A DNA stretch of 64,000 bases from a bacterium (GTDB taxonomy: Bacteria; SAR324; XYD2-FULL-50-16): positions 1,691 through 65,690 of the forward strand of contig JAHJRI010000327.1 in NCBI GenBank assembly GCA_018830885.1, given 5' to 3'. A program made the translations under genes and the position numbers. The notes under the pieces are model-generated. The model was not told where the DNA came from. It did not search any database and worked only from the letters and a program-made list of their open reading frames with translations. Shown here one piece after another: positions 9,574-18,996 of this stretch; within the stretch, counting starts at the first letter, position 1, and each line of letters opens with the position of its first letter.

Positions 9574-10401
9574 CTGACCAGGCATCCCGCAGGAAGGAAA
9601 AACAGGCAGCCATTTGCCAGAAAAAGATTCGGGCAGCATTTTCTGAATGATGAATCCATCATCGAAGAAATTATTGCAGCGGCAGGTGTTTCGCATGAGG
9701 ATCATGTCATTGAAATCGGTCCGGGGCGAGGTGCCTTGACCAGGCCGTTACTCTCGCAGGGAAATTTATTAACGGTCGTGGAACTGGACTGGGATCTGGC
9801 CGCTGCTCTGAGAACCGGTTTTAAGGACAATAACAGGCTACAGGTCATTGAAGGCGATATTCTCAAAATTGACTGGAGCCAGATTCTTCATCCTGAAAAA
9901 AGGAATATCGTTGTCGCAAATCTGCCTTATAACATATCCACACCTGTTTTCTTCAAGTTTGTAAGCTACCGACGTCAACTGGATTCAATTGTCATTATGG
10001 TTCAGAAAGAGCTCGCTGAAAGGCTACTTCATTCCGGTGCGGGGAAAAAGCTGAAGGATTACGGCATCTTATCTGTTGTGGCAGGGAATACGTTTATCGT
10101 ATCCAGGGTATGTGACGTGCCGGCTGCCTGTTTTACGCCACGGCCCAAAGTAGATTCTACAGTTGTCAGGCTGACGCCAAAGGAGCTCGACATCAAAGAG
10201 GAAGAGTTGTTTTTTATGTTTGTGCGCCAGGCTTTCAACAACCGGCGAAAACTGTTCGTTTCCTTTCTGAAGAGGGAGTACCCATCCCTGTTTCAATCCC
10301 TGTCGATGCAGGACCAGTCTTATCTGAGCGGCATACGTCCTGAAAACCTGTCGCCGGGACAGTTTTTAAAGTTGTTTCTGGGGCGACCACTCAAGGATTG
10401 A
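9574..10401 (+). CDS. rsmA: 16S rRNA (adenine1518/1519-N6)-dimethyltransferase; start codon uncertain (CTG 9574 proposed)
   Basis: ARKRFGQHFLNDESII and EIGPGRGALT (SAM site) lie upstream of the ORF-track start at 9736, and NLPYNISTP lies downstream. There is no ATG/GTG/TTG between TAG 9547-9549 and 9736. GAAAGG lies 6 nt before CTG 9574. Confidence 0.85.
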   Translation: MTRHPAGRKNRQPFARKRFGQHFLNDESIIEEIIAAAGVSHEDHVIEIGPGRGALTRPLLSQGNLLTVVELDWDLAAALRTGFKDNNRLQVIEGDILKIDWSQILHPEKRNIVVANLPYNISTPVFFKFVSYRRQLDSIVIMVQKELAERLLHSGAGKKLKDYGILSVVAGNTFIVSRVCDVPAACFTPRPKVDSTVVRLTPKELDIKEEELFFMFVRQAFNNRRKLFVSFLKREYPSLFQSLSMQDQSYLSGIRPENLSPGQFLKLFLGRPLKD

Positions 10402-10406
10402 AAGTA

Positions 10407-10760
10407 TCAATCCTTGAAATCATCTGCAAACACCTCTGAAAAATCCATCACTGAAAAAGGTTCCATCTTAATCCCGATGCTGCCTTTGCGGATCCAAATC
10501 TTGATAATATTAAATGCGGTTCCGTCGCTTTGAGAGACAGTCTTTACATTTTCTGCAAATACAACATCCTTGGTTTTGAATTCCAAAAATGCGCCGTTGC
10601 TTGAAAGGGGATTTAACCGGATATAGATCTTATCCGGGTTCCCTTCATGCTGCTTTGGCTGACCGACGTAGGGTATTGCCTCTTTGAGGAGACGATTGGG
10701 ATCCCTGTATTTCTCCAGTTCTCTATTTTCAGAAATTACTTCAATAATATCAGATGTCAA
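10407..10760 (-). CDS. hypothetical protein (117 aa)
   Basis: ORF only; convergent with rsmA. No recognisable motif. Confidence 0.4.
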   Translation of the reverse strand: MTSDIIEVISENRELEKYRDPNRLLKEAIPYVGQPKQHEGNPDKIYIRLNPLSSNGAFLEFKTKDVVFAENVKTVSQSDGTAFNIIKIWIRKGSIGIKMEPFSVMDFSEVFADDFKD

Positions 10761-10920
10761 TTATCTCTCCTGGAATATTTCAAAAGCGAGTTTAGATTTA
10801 AACTGTCTGTGATATCTTTTCACTCTATGTCTGTTTTATACCATAGTGGACTTCATTCAGGCAATCTTGAACCGCCACATCCATTTCTGCTGGTGATTTC
10901 CCGGGGAATTGCCAGACCGA

Positions 10921-11676
10921 TCAGATCGGATTCGGAATATCGATAAAATCGATTTGCAGGTCAAACTGTTCTCCAAGATGCGCTCCAAGTGCCTGAATGC
11001 CGAATTTTTCGGTGCAGTAATGACCGGCACTGATAAAATGAACACCGTGTTCGCGACTCATGGCGAAATTCTGTTCACTGATTTCCCCTGTGATAAAACA
11101 GTCTGCTCCTGCTTCAATCGCTTCCAGGAAAAAGCCCTGTGCACCCCCTGTAACAATGGCAATTTTATTTATTTTATCCGGTCCATAGGGCAAGGTCAGC
11201 GGTTGCCGGTTCAACACCTCCGCCACATGCTCAGAAACCGCATCAATGGTCCTGAGGGTCGTTGTTCCCATAACCCCTTGGGCATACTGGGGTGTCTGGG
11301 AGAATGGCTCCAGATCTACCAATCCAATTTTATCGGCCAACTGAGCGTTGTTGCCAAGCTGCGGATGAAAATCCAGTGGCAGGTGATATGCCGCCGCTGC
11401 AATACCATGATTTAGAAGAAGAATCATTTTTCGCTTCAATGGACCGCGAATGATGCGTTCATCCCGGTTCCAGATCAAACCGTGATGGGTGATGATCAGA
11501 TCCGCATCTTGTTCTATTGCTTTTTCAATAAATTCCAGGGAGATGGAAACTCCAATCGCAATTTTGACGGTTTGTCGATTGTCCCCTTCGATTTGAAGAC
11601 CGTTTGGACAGTAATCACTGAATTTTTCAATTTCCAGCAGGTTATCGCAATACTTGATAATTTCAGTTTGTTTCAT
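10921..11676 (-). CDS. Nif3-family dinuclear metal-centre protein (GTP cyclohydrolase 1 type 2 homolog)
   Basis: 251 aa. ...DYCPNGLQIEG..., DLIITHHGLIW, ...GHYCTEKFGIQAL typical of NIF3/YbgI. Confidence 0.85.
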   Translation of the reverse strand: MKQTEIIKYCDNLLEIEKFSDYCPNGLQIEGDNRQTVKIAIGVSISLEFIEKAIEQDADLIITHHGLIWNRDERIIRGPLKRKMILLLNHGIAAAAYHLPLDFHPQLGNNAQLADKIGLVDLEPFSQTPQYAQGVMGTTTLRTIDAVSEHVAEVLNRQPLTLPYGPDKINKIAIVTGGAQGFFLEAIEAGADCFITGEISEQNFAMSREHGVHFISAGHYCTEKFGIQALGAHLGEQFDLQIDFIDIPNPI

Positions 11677-11757
11677 AGGCTATCCCGAACCCTGTATTGA
11701 TAAAACAGAAGAAATAATGTTGATAGTATACTATGATTGGCTAGGACGAATTGGTGA

Positions 11758-13035
11758 TTATGAGTAAATCTCAGACAGTTTTCGCACATTCGCATCCAAC
11801 GCGTGTGCCTGCTCGGCGATTTTCTGATAGCCTCTTTCACCCATTGCAGCCGCTGCTGCCTGATCCTGGTGACAGGAGCGAATGAAGGTGACCAGCTCTT
11901 CGATATTGTGCACGATCTGCAATCCGTGGACGCTCAGTAGCAGATCCACTTCATCTTTGAAATTGGTCGCATAAGGGCCGATACAGACGGGTTTTTTGAA
12001 TCCGACGGCCTCGACCATGTTTTGTCCACCTCTGTCACATAGAGATCCGCCAACAAAAACGACATCTGCCAGAAAATACCATGATTTCAGAATTCCCATC
12101 TGGTCAATCACACAAACATGGGGTTCATCTCCATTTTCGGGCTCGGTCCTCGTGGATGAAAAAGAATGGGGGACTCTTTTCTGGGCTAAGGTTCTGGCAA
12201 ATTCGTCTCTTTTATCGGGATGTCTCGGAATCAGGACCATTTGGAATCCTGAAACCTCCTGCTGCAGGATTTTCCAGGCCGGAAGGATGATACTCAGCTC
12301 TTCAGGCTGAAGGGAACCGGCCACAAAAAGAAACCGGGTGCGGGATGATCGACAGGCAGCTCTGATTGAAGCCAGGGCGCTTTCTGCAGGCGGCTGGGGC
12401 ACCTCATATTTCAGGTTGCCCACGTTAAAAACATGGTGACTCGGAACACCGAGACTCAAAAATCGTTCTGTGGATATTTTATCCCGGGCGAGGATCCAGT
12501 CGAAATGTGCGATGGTCTTTTTAAACAGGAATTTTCCGCGCAGATACCGCTTGAAATACCGGTCACTTAACCGGGCATTCACGATCGTTACCTGGCCGGT
12601 TTCAGCCATCAGGCGGACCATGTTCGGCCAGATCTCCGTCTCAATCAGAATCAAGTGCCGTGGTTTTGCCAGGCGGATAAATTTTTTCAGGATGAAACTG
12701 AAATCGAAAGGTGCCAGCAGCACTGGAATGCCGGTTTCCCGTTCACCGAGGATTTTTGACTGGATTGTGTTGGTGGTAATGAAAAAGCGTTTCTCTTTAT
12801 CCGTCTGCAGCCAGGTGTGAATCAGTTTAATGGCCAACCGGATCTCTCCGATAGAGGCGGCGTGCACCCAGATGGTTGGTGACTGCGGATCGGATGTCGT
12901 AACGGGTGCTGGTACAAATGGGCCTAGTCTGCCGGAAAAATTTTTCCGGAATTGACGGTCAGACAGGAATTTGAATGCGAGAAGAGGGGAAAAAAGAACC
13001 AACGCCATCCCATAAAACAGATCAAAAACAGACAA
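11758..13035 (-). CDS. waaA: 3-deoxy-D-manno-octulosonic acid (Kdo) transferase
   Basis: 425 aa. N-terminal membrane anchor, WVHAASIGE motif, C-terminal GGSL...GGQN glycosyltransferase region. Confidence 0.9.
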   Translation of the reverse strand: MSVFDLFYGMALVLFSPLLAFKFLSDRQFRKNFSGRLGPFVPAPVTTSDPQSPTIWVHAASIGEIRLAIKLIHTWLQTDKEKRFFITTNTIQSKILGERETGIPVLLAPFDFSFILKKFIRLAKPRHLILIETEIWPNMVRLMAETGQVTIVNARLSDRYFKRYLRGKFLFKKTIAHFDWILARDKISTERFLSLGVPSHHVFNVGNLKYEVPQPPAESALASIRAACRSSRTRFLFVAGSLQPEELSIILPAWKILQQEVSGFQMVLIPRHPDKRDEFARTLAQKRVPHSFSSTRTEPENGDEPHVCVIDQMGILKSWYFLADVVFVGGSLCDRGGQNMVEAVGFKKPVCIGPYATNFKDEVDLLLSVHGLQIVHNIEELVTFIRSCHQDQAAAAAMGERGYQKIAEQAHALDANVRKLSEIYS

Positions 13036-13063
13036 ACCAACCCCCGATATATAAAGGAAACGG

Positions 13064-13795
13064 TCAGGCTTTTTCCGTATAAACCTCGTATGCCTGAATG
13101 CCCGCTTTTTCCAAGTCTTCGTAAGTGTTTACAGAAATAGCGTCAAAAGGCAAGGGGATACAGTTCAATGTCAACCCGTTTTCGAGAGCCCGCATCTGTT
13201 CCAGGGAGTACGCTTTCTCCAGTCGAGATGGTTCCATGGTGCAGAATTTTTTGAGAAAGGCCGGGGTATAAATATAGACGGAGGTGTGTTTCAAAGCGCA
13301 GCCGATGGGATCTCTTGTAAAGATGAGAGCGTTGTCTTTCATGTCCAGAACGACTTTGGCAACATTCCGGTCGGCCATTTCCGATTCAGGCAGTTCGGTC
13401 ACGGTTGTCCAGAATTCTGCAAGCCCTTTGCGCTTTTCCAACTCTTCGGGTAACTGCCTGAGCATATCCGGGCTGATAAACGGTTCATCTCCCTGGACGT
13501 TGACAATGAAATCAAATTCGCCCAACCGGCTGCTAAGTATCTCGTAAGCTTCCAGGACCCTCTCAGTTCCACATTTGTGGCTACTGGATGTCATGACAGG
13601 ATGGAGTCCGGTAATTTGAGAACACGCATCGAGAATCAGACTGGAATCCGATGCCAGAGCAACAGGATGAAGACCACTTTCCATAATCCGGTCGATGGTG
13701 TGTCGGATCATGGTTTTCCCGTTGAACTTCAACAGGGGTTTGTTGGGCATTCTCTCGGATCCGATCCGGGCCGGGACGATGACGATCAGTTTCAT
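13064..13795 (-). CDS. kdsB: 3-deoxy-manno-octulosonate cytidylyltransferase (CMP-Kdo synthetase)
   Basis: MKLIVIVPARIGSERMPNKPL start with AAGGA 5 nt upstream (the longer ORF to 13861 is less likely). ...VNVQGDEPF... motif. Confidence 0.9.
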   Translation of the reverse strand: MKLIVIVPARIGSERMPNKPLLKFNGKTMIRHTIDRIMESGLHPVALASDSSLILDACSQITGLHPVMTSSSHKCGTERVLEAYEILSSRLGEFDFIVNVQGDEPFISPDMLRQLPEELEKRKGLAEFWTTVTELPESEMADRNVAKVVLDMKDNALIFTRDPIGCALKHTSVYIYTPAFLKKFCTMEPSRLEKAYSLEQMRALENGLTLNCIPLPFDAISVNTYEDLEKAGIQAYEVYTEKA

Positions 13796-13832
13796 AACAG
13801 TCCTTATTAGTCGCAACGGTGGGTCTGTCTCA

Positions 13833-14432
13833 TTAAGTCGATAGAAACGGCAACTTTTCAAACCATCCGCTTCGCCAGAGCAGAATTAAATACAATGCCA
13901 CAGCTGCCAGTAATGTGTGCTTTTCGGAAAGGATTGCCTTTTTAAAATCGCCTTTGATCTTCTCCTTGTTTTTTTGTTTTGGGAACAGGGTCGGGATCCA
14001 GCGTGGCACACGGGCGATATAGTCATCAAAGTCACGGCCGAATGTCTTGCGCAGGTTCTGTTCTTCCCAGTGAACGATAGGAATATATTGGAAAAAGAAG
14101 AATGCGATAAACCCGAGAGTGAAGTAGAGATGAACGTTGGATGCGATGACCATTCCCACGCTGAGAAAAAAATTTCCGATATACAGGGGATTGCGAACAT
14201 GGGCAAACAGACCGCTGGTAACAATCTTCCTGCCCGTACTGTATGTTTTTGTTCTGCTGACACCGCCAATATGAGCAACACCCAATATTCGAATTATTTC
14301 ACCGAACAGGGAAATCACCAACCCGAGGATCAAGCTGTTTATATCCGTGTTTGCAAATATGATCATTGCGATAACGAACGGGATGGGGGTGTAATCCCGG
14401 TTCTTGAAAAGCAGTTCGCCGAGTTTTAGCAT
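13833..14432 (-). CDS. ICMT/PEMT-family membrane methyltransferase
   Basis: Multi-TM protein with the FAHVRNPLYIGNFF motif of the isoprenylcysteine carboxyl methyltransferase family. The start is ambiguous: ATG 14432 or TTG 14531. Confidence 0.7.
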   Translation of the reverse strand: MLKLGELLFKNRDYTPIPFVIAMIIFANTDINSLILGLVISLFGEIIRILGVAHIGGVSRTKTYSTGRKIVTSGLFAHVRNPLYIGNFFLSVGMVIASNVHLYFTLGFIAFFFFQYIPIVHWEEQNLRKTFGRDFDDYIARVPRWIPTLFPKQKNKEKIKGDFKKAILSEKHTLLAAVALYLILLWRSGWFEKLPFLST

Positions 14433-14560
14433 GGCTGATGGGTTTCCTTTGGTTGAGATGATCGTCCTGGTCGGCTGTCGGTTCAGGCTCTTTTCCGGCC
14501 TATTGTAAGAGAAGAAACGGTTTTCGTCCAATATGCACGTTCACCATCCGGTCTGTTGGT

Positions 14561-15604
14561 TCATCCGTTTCGTGTTGTCAATTGTTTTACGGTTCTGACC
14601 AGATGCAGTAAATGTTGTGGATCGACAGACTTATCGATTCCATGACCCAGGTTGAATATGTGCCCGGTCTCACCATGGTAGCTCCGGATGATTTCTTCAG
14701 CCTTCCGGCTGATCACTTCGGGGCGGCAAAAAAGGATGTTGGGGTTGAGGTTCCCCTGCAGGGAGACTCTTTCCCCAATCAAACGCTGGGCTTCACCGAT
14801 GTCTGTTTTCCAGTCAAGACCAATAACATCCGCTCCGGTCCGGGACATCGAATCCAGAAGGTGATTGCTGCCATTGATATAGTAGACCACCGGGACTTCC
14901 CCTTTTTTATCGAGGCTGGAAATTATTTCAGACACATAAGGGAAGATGTGCGTTTCAAAATCCGCGGGATTGAATAATCCCGCCCAGGTATCAAAGATCT
15001 GCACCATCTGTGCGCCGTTTTCGATCTGGTAGTTGAGGTAATCGATGGTCATGCGCGTCAGTTTGCGCATCAAAAGATGCGCCGTATCCGGGTCGTCAAA
15101 AAAAAGTGTGGTCAGCTTTGTAAACGGCTTTAAATTGCTGTTTTCAAGGAGATAACAGGCAAGTGTGAATGGCGCTCCGGCAAAACCGATGACTGGAGCC
15201 CTGCCTGCGACAGCTTTCCGAATAAGACGTAATATTTTTCCCACATATGCAGTGGATTCTGATGGATCAGGAATGAGCAGTTTTTCAATATCCCGGACAG
15301 ACTGGACTGGATTTTTAATATCCGGACCGGGATTGAAATCGAGATCAACGCCCATACCTATCAGGGGGGTTAAGATGTCGGAAAACATGATGACAGCATC
15401 GACCTCCATCAGGTCGAGGGGTTGGATGGACACCTCCGCAGCGAGATCCGGATTCATGCATAAATCCAGAAAACTGCCTGCCTTTTCCCTGACAGCCAGA
15501 TATTCCGGCAGGTACCGGCCAGCCTGTCGCATAATCCAGATCGGGGTCCTTTCAACAGGCAGCTTGAAAGCGGCCCGGATCAACAATGAATCCATGGATT
15601 TCAT
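14561..15604 (-). CDS. hemE: uroporphyrinogen decarboxylase
   Basis: 347 aa. PIWIMRQAGRYLPEY signature, ...IMFSDIL..., ...QIFDTWAG... Confidence 0.95.
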   Translation of the reverse strand: MKSMDSLLIRAAFKLPVERTPIWIMRQAGRYLPEYLAVREKAGSFLDLCMNPDLAAEVSIQPLDLMEVDAVIMFSDILTPLIGMGVDLDFNPGPDIKNPVQSVRDIEKLLIPDPSESTAYVGKILRLIRKAVAGRAPVIGFAGAPFTLACYLLENSNLKPFTKLTTLFFDDPDTAHLLMRKLTRMTIDYLNYQIENGAQMVQIFDTWAGLFNPADFETHIFPYVSEIISSLDKKGEVPVVYYINGSNHLLDSMSRTGADVIGLDWKTDIGEAQRLIGERVSLQGNLNPNILFCRPEVISRKAEEIIRSYHGETGHIFNLGHGIDKSVDPQHLLHLVRTVKQLTTRNG

Positions 15605-16164
15605 ATCTCTTTACCCTCTTTGAAAAACTCCACCTGATAGGTAGACAAATTGATGGGGTTTCGTTTCCAGTAATCTCTGCTCAGGCCGGCCTTGCGACAA
15701 AGGTCACTGATAAAATCCTCCCGGATAGGGATCGAATCCCAAACCTGGGGCAGAAAGGTTGCCTTTCTGCCGTCTGCTGACAGGACAACACCATCTTTTT
15801 GGGGCTTGATTTTCATTATCTTTTCAAAGCTGGAGATACCTTCCACAGCCTTTGGAACACTGAGAATGGATATTTCAATCATGATCTCTTCCAGCTCTCC
15901 TGCAGTCAGTTTTTCAAATCGATGATCGTTAAAGGCCGCTGCCTTGCTTAAATCGATCACGTTTTCGTAGAGAGGAAGGTCGGATTCTATACGACCAATA
16001 CAGCCCCTGAGGTTTCCTTGTTTCAACAGTGTCACAAAAACACCGTTCTTTTGCTGGAACGGTTTTATATTATAGTCCTCCAGTTTGCCATTGATGCCGA
16101 GCAACTCCTGTTCCAGCACTTTTCTGGCCAGTAGCAGCAGTTTTTTTCTGTTGTGGGGTTCCAT
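15601..16164 (-). CDS. AMMECR1-domain protein
   Basis: 187 aa. GVFVTLLKQGNLRGCIG..., ...AAFNDHRF..., ...ATFLPQVW motifs. 4-nt overlap with hemE. Confidence 0.85.
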   Translation of the reverse strand: MEPHNRKKLLLLARKVLEQELLGINGKLEDYNIKPFQQKNGVFVTLLKQGNLRGCIGRIESDLPLYENVIDLSKAAAFNDHRFEKLTAGELEEIMIEISILSVPKAVEGISSFEKIMKIKPQKDGVVLSADGRKATFLPQVWDSIPIREDFISDLCRKAGLSRDYWKRNPINLSTYQVEFFKEGKEI

Positions 16165-16174
16165 GAACGCTGGA

Positions 16175-17350
16175 TTAGAAGGTGTATTGTTCTTTGTTAT
16201 GTTGAATGGTCAACTCATTAATCCCGGATGTGCTTTTCTCACAGTGACCGATAATACGTGCTTCGATATTACTCTCCTTCGCTATTGCCAGGATATCGTC
16301 CACCGCTGATGGGACGGTAAACAGTTCCAGGCGATGTCCCATGTTGTATACAGGAAACATCTCCTGGAGGTTATATCCTTTAGTTCTGATAATATAAGAA
16401 AACACAGGTGGAATGGGGAAAAGGTTGTCCTTGATATAATGAATCCCATTACCAAATTTGAGACATTTTGTCTGACCGCCTCCGGTGCAGTGAACCAGCC
16501 CGTGAATGTTGTTCGGATCATGCTGGAGGAGATTCCGAATCAGGGGGGTATAGGTGCGGGTCGGTGAAAGAACGGCCTGCCCTAGGGTCAGTGACGTCCC
16601 TTCAAGCGGGTCTTCGATTCTGCCTTTCCCACAGTAAACCAGTGTGGGTGGAATCTCAGGAGAAAAACTTTCCGGGTATTTATCGGCATAGATATTTGAA
16701 AAACAGTCATGTCTTGCCGCAGTCAGCCCATTGCTGCCGATACCACTGTTGTAGACGTTTTCCCATGTTGACTGCCCATAGCTGGCGAAGCCGATAATGA
16801 CGTCCCCCGGCCTCACTTTGTCCAAATCGATGACCTGACGCCGCGGCATCCTAACAGTGATAGTGCTGTCTACAATCAACGTGCGGACAAGATCTCCGAC
16901 ATCAGCTGTTTCGCCGCCACACAGGTCAATGTTGATTCCGTATTGGGCGAGAGTCTGGATGGTCTCAGAAAAACCTTCGATGATTGTCTGAATGATCTCT
17001 CCTGGAATAAAAAATTTGTTACGGCCGATCGTATTTGACAGCAGAAAACCGTCCACTGCACCGACACAGGCAAGATCGTCCAGATTCATGACCAGCGAAT
17101 CAATCGCGATGCCCCGGAATACAGAGATGTCTCCTGTCTCTTTCCAATAGAGATAGGCCAGGGAAGACTTTGTTCCGGCCCCGTCTGCGTGCATCAGGAG
17201 GCAATAGTCCGGATCCCTGGTGAGTGTATCCGGCAGAACCTTGCAGAAGGCACCCGGGAAGATACCCGGATCGATATTCTTGATGGCCTTGTGGATCTCA
17301 TTTTTGCTCGATGATACACCTCTTGACAAATAGATATCGGATTCTGCCAT
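16175..17350 (-). CDS. PurM-like AIR synthase family protein (probable phosphoribosylformylglycinamidine cyclo-ligase, long form)
   Basis: 391 aa. RGVSSSKNEIHKAIKNIDPGIFPGAFCKV...LLMHADGAGTKSSLAYLYWKETGD resembles the ~390-aa PurM variant. PurM N- and C-domain pattern. Confidence 0.75.
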   Translation of the reverse strand: MAESDIYLSRGVSSSKNEIHKAIKNIDPGIFPGAFCKVLPDTLTRDPDYCLLMHADGAGTKSSLAYLYWKETGDISVFRGIAIDSLVMNLDDLACVGAVDGFLLSNTIGRNKFFIPGEIIQTIIEGFSETIQTLAQYGINIDLCGGETADVGDLVRTLIVDSTITVRMPRRQVIDLDKVRPGDVIIGFASYGQSTWENVYNSGIGSNGLTAARHDCFSNIYADKYPESFSPEIPPTLVYCGKGRIEDPLEGTSLTLGQAVLSPTRTYTPLIRNLLQHDPNNIHGLVHCTGGGQTKCLKFGNGIHYIKDNLFPIPPVFSYIIRTKGYNLQEMFPVYNMGHRLELFTVPSAVDDILAIAKESNIEARIIGHCEKSTSGINELTIQHNKEQYTF

Positions 17351-17398
17351 GTTGCTCTATCGTGAGTCGGGGTCGCTGCTGTTAAAATATATGTGCTA

Positions 17399-18322
17399 TC
17401 AGCAGATAGCGCGAGCGGTTGCGGTAAACGCGCTTTCGGTCGTGCTTTTCATCAGCAGAGATCGAAATGCCTTCGCTCCCGGAAAATCGTTGATATACCC
17501 TGTAATGTGTTTTCGAAATTCAATGAGTGAGATAGTCTCGTCTTTATATTGTCTGAGAAGCTGGAAGTGCTCCAGCATTTTCTCAACTTTGTCCTTCAGG
17601 GTAATTTCTGCCTGTTTTTCCGCTGGCCAGAAAACCCAAGGGTTGCCGATGGAAGCGCGCCCGATCATATAACCATCCAGATTTTTCAATCGAGCCAGAC
17701 CTTCATCACCACTTTTGAGATCGCCATTCCCAATGACGGGGATGGAAACAGCCCTTTTCAGTTCGTAAATGGGGCCCCAATCAGCCTCCCCTTTGAATTT
17801 CTGCTGATAGGTCCGCCCGTGGACACTGATCATCTGTATTCCGGTATCAATGAGCGCTTTGACAAAGTCGATCAGCTGCTCCGCATCTGACCAGCCCAGC
17901 CGGGTTTTAACGGTAACAGGCAGGGCGGTGACCTTGCAACAGGCTTCCACAATCCGGCAGGCCAGGTCTCGATCCTTCATGAGACTCCCGCCGGTGTTCG
18001 CCTTGACGATCTTTTTGGACGGGCAGCCCATGTTAATGTCAATACCGGTAACCCCGCTGTCCTGGAGTTCCTGCACGGTTCGACCAAATACTGCGGGGTC
18101 ATTTCCAAAAATCTGAATAAAATAGGGCAGTTCGGAGCGATCAAAAATGAGCCGTTTTCTTACCTGCTCACTGTGCTCGATGCCATGGACACTGGTGAAT
18201 TCGCTGTACAGAACAACCTGTGGATTGAGCTGGCGAACGATTCTCCTGTAGGCGCGATCTGTGTAGCCGTCCATCGGAGCGAGGCAAGCGACCGGTGTGG
18301 AAAACGTGCCTGTTTTTATCAT
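17399..18322 (-). CDS. dus: tRNA-dihydrouridine synthase
   Basis: 307 aa. LAPMDGYTDRAYR, INMGCPSKKI, ISVHGRT motifs of the Dus family. Confidence 0.9.
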   Translation of the reverse strand: MIKTGTFSTPVACLAPMDGYTDRAYRRIVRQLNPQVVLYSEFTSVHGIEHSEQVRKRLIFDRSELPYFIQIFGNDPAVFGRTVQELQDSGVTGIDINMGCPSKKIVKANTGGSLMKDRDLACRIVEACCKVTALPVTVKTRLGWSDAEQLIDFVKALIDTGIQMISVHGRTYQQKFKGEADWGPIYELKRAVSIPVIGNGDLKSGDEGLARLKNLDGYMIGRASIGNPWVFWPAEKQAEITLKDKVEKMLEHFQLLRQYKDETISLIEFRKHITGYINDFPGAKAFRSLLMKSTTESAFTATARAIC

Positions 18323-18563
18323 CTTGACGATTGAAAAGTATTGTGGTTATTGAACCAACCATCGGCTGTTAATCTCTTAATTATCCAATTTATAAACCAT
18401 ATTGGGAACCCCTAATCAACCCATTCTCGAAAAAGTCAGTGGACAATTTAATCTGTTTGACATAGCGTCAAGTTTTTAAATTCATGAATCTGATTGTATA
18501 TTGAACATTGATGAAGCCCTCATCGGGATTCATTCAATCACCCTTTTTCAGTGATAGAACCGT

Positions 18564-18977
18564 TTGAAATTCCAGGACCCGGAAGATCTTTTAAAAATTA
18601 ACAGGGTTTTTCTCTGTGACAAGAAGGGGCAGAACGTTTCATTTATGGCCTGCCCAATGTGTGAGTACTATTCCTGTTCTCAATTGACAGGTGACCAGCT
18701 CAGAGAGTTGAATGTGTCACCGCTGATGGACAGGCAGGTTTTGAAACTTATTCCGAGGAGATGTAAATTGTTTATTATCAAATATTTAGATGGAACGCTC
18801 AAAGAAGCGCCGGATCTGGACCCTAACAATCCGGACCGGCAGTTGATGCAGGATGTCGATACCGTTTATCAGATAGGCAAGGAACTGGTACCGGTAATCG
18901 TTTTGAAACCAAAACCCAAGCCGGAACGGGACCGTATTGTCAAAGAAGCGGTGGAATCCAAGGCAAAAAGGAAATAG
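18564..18977 (+). CDS. hypothetical protein (137 aa from TTG; possibly shorter from ATG 18645)
   Basis: ORF only. Contains CPMCEYYSC. No convincing SD at either start. Confidence 0.35.
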   Translation: MKFQDPEDLLKINRVFLCDKKGQNVSFMACPMCEYYSCSQLTGDQLRELNVSPLMDRQVLKLIPRRCKLFIIKYLDGTLKEAPDLDPNNPDRQLMQDVDTVYQIGKELVPVIVLKPKPKPERDRIVKEAVESKAKRK

Positions 18978-18996
18978 ATTAGCGCAAGGAGAGGAT

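Noticed and set aside
13796-13861. N-terminal extensions in the ORF track: kdsB to 13861, cobB from 22899, yjbQ to 42644, azlC from 51946, azlD from 52719, ilvD from 33369, and the hydrolases from 1941 and 18937.
   Set aside because: Internal starts align with the family N-termini, have better SD sequences and remove implausible overlaps with neighbouring genes.
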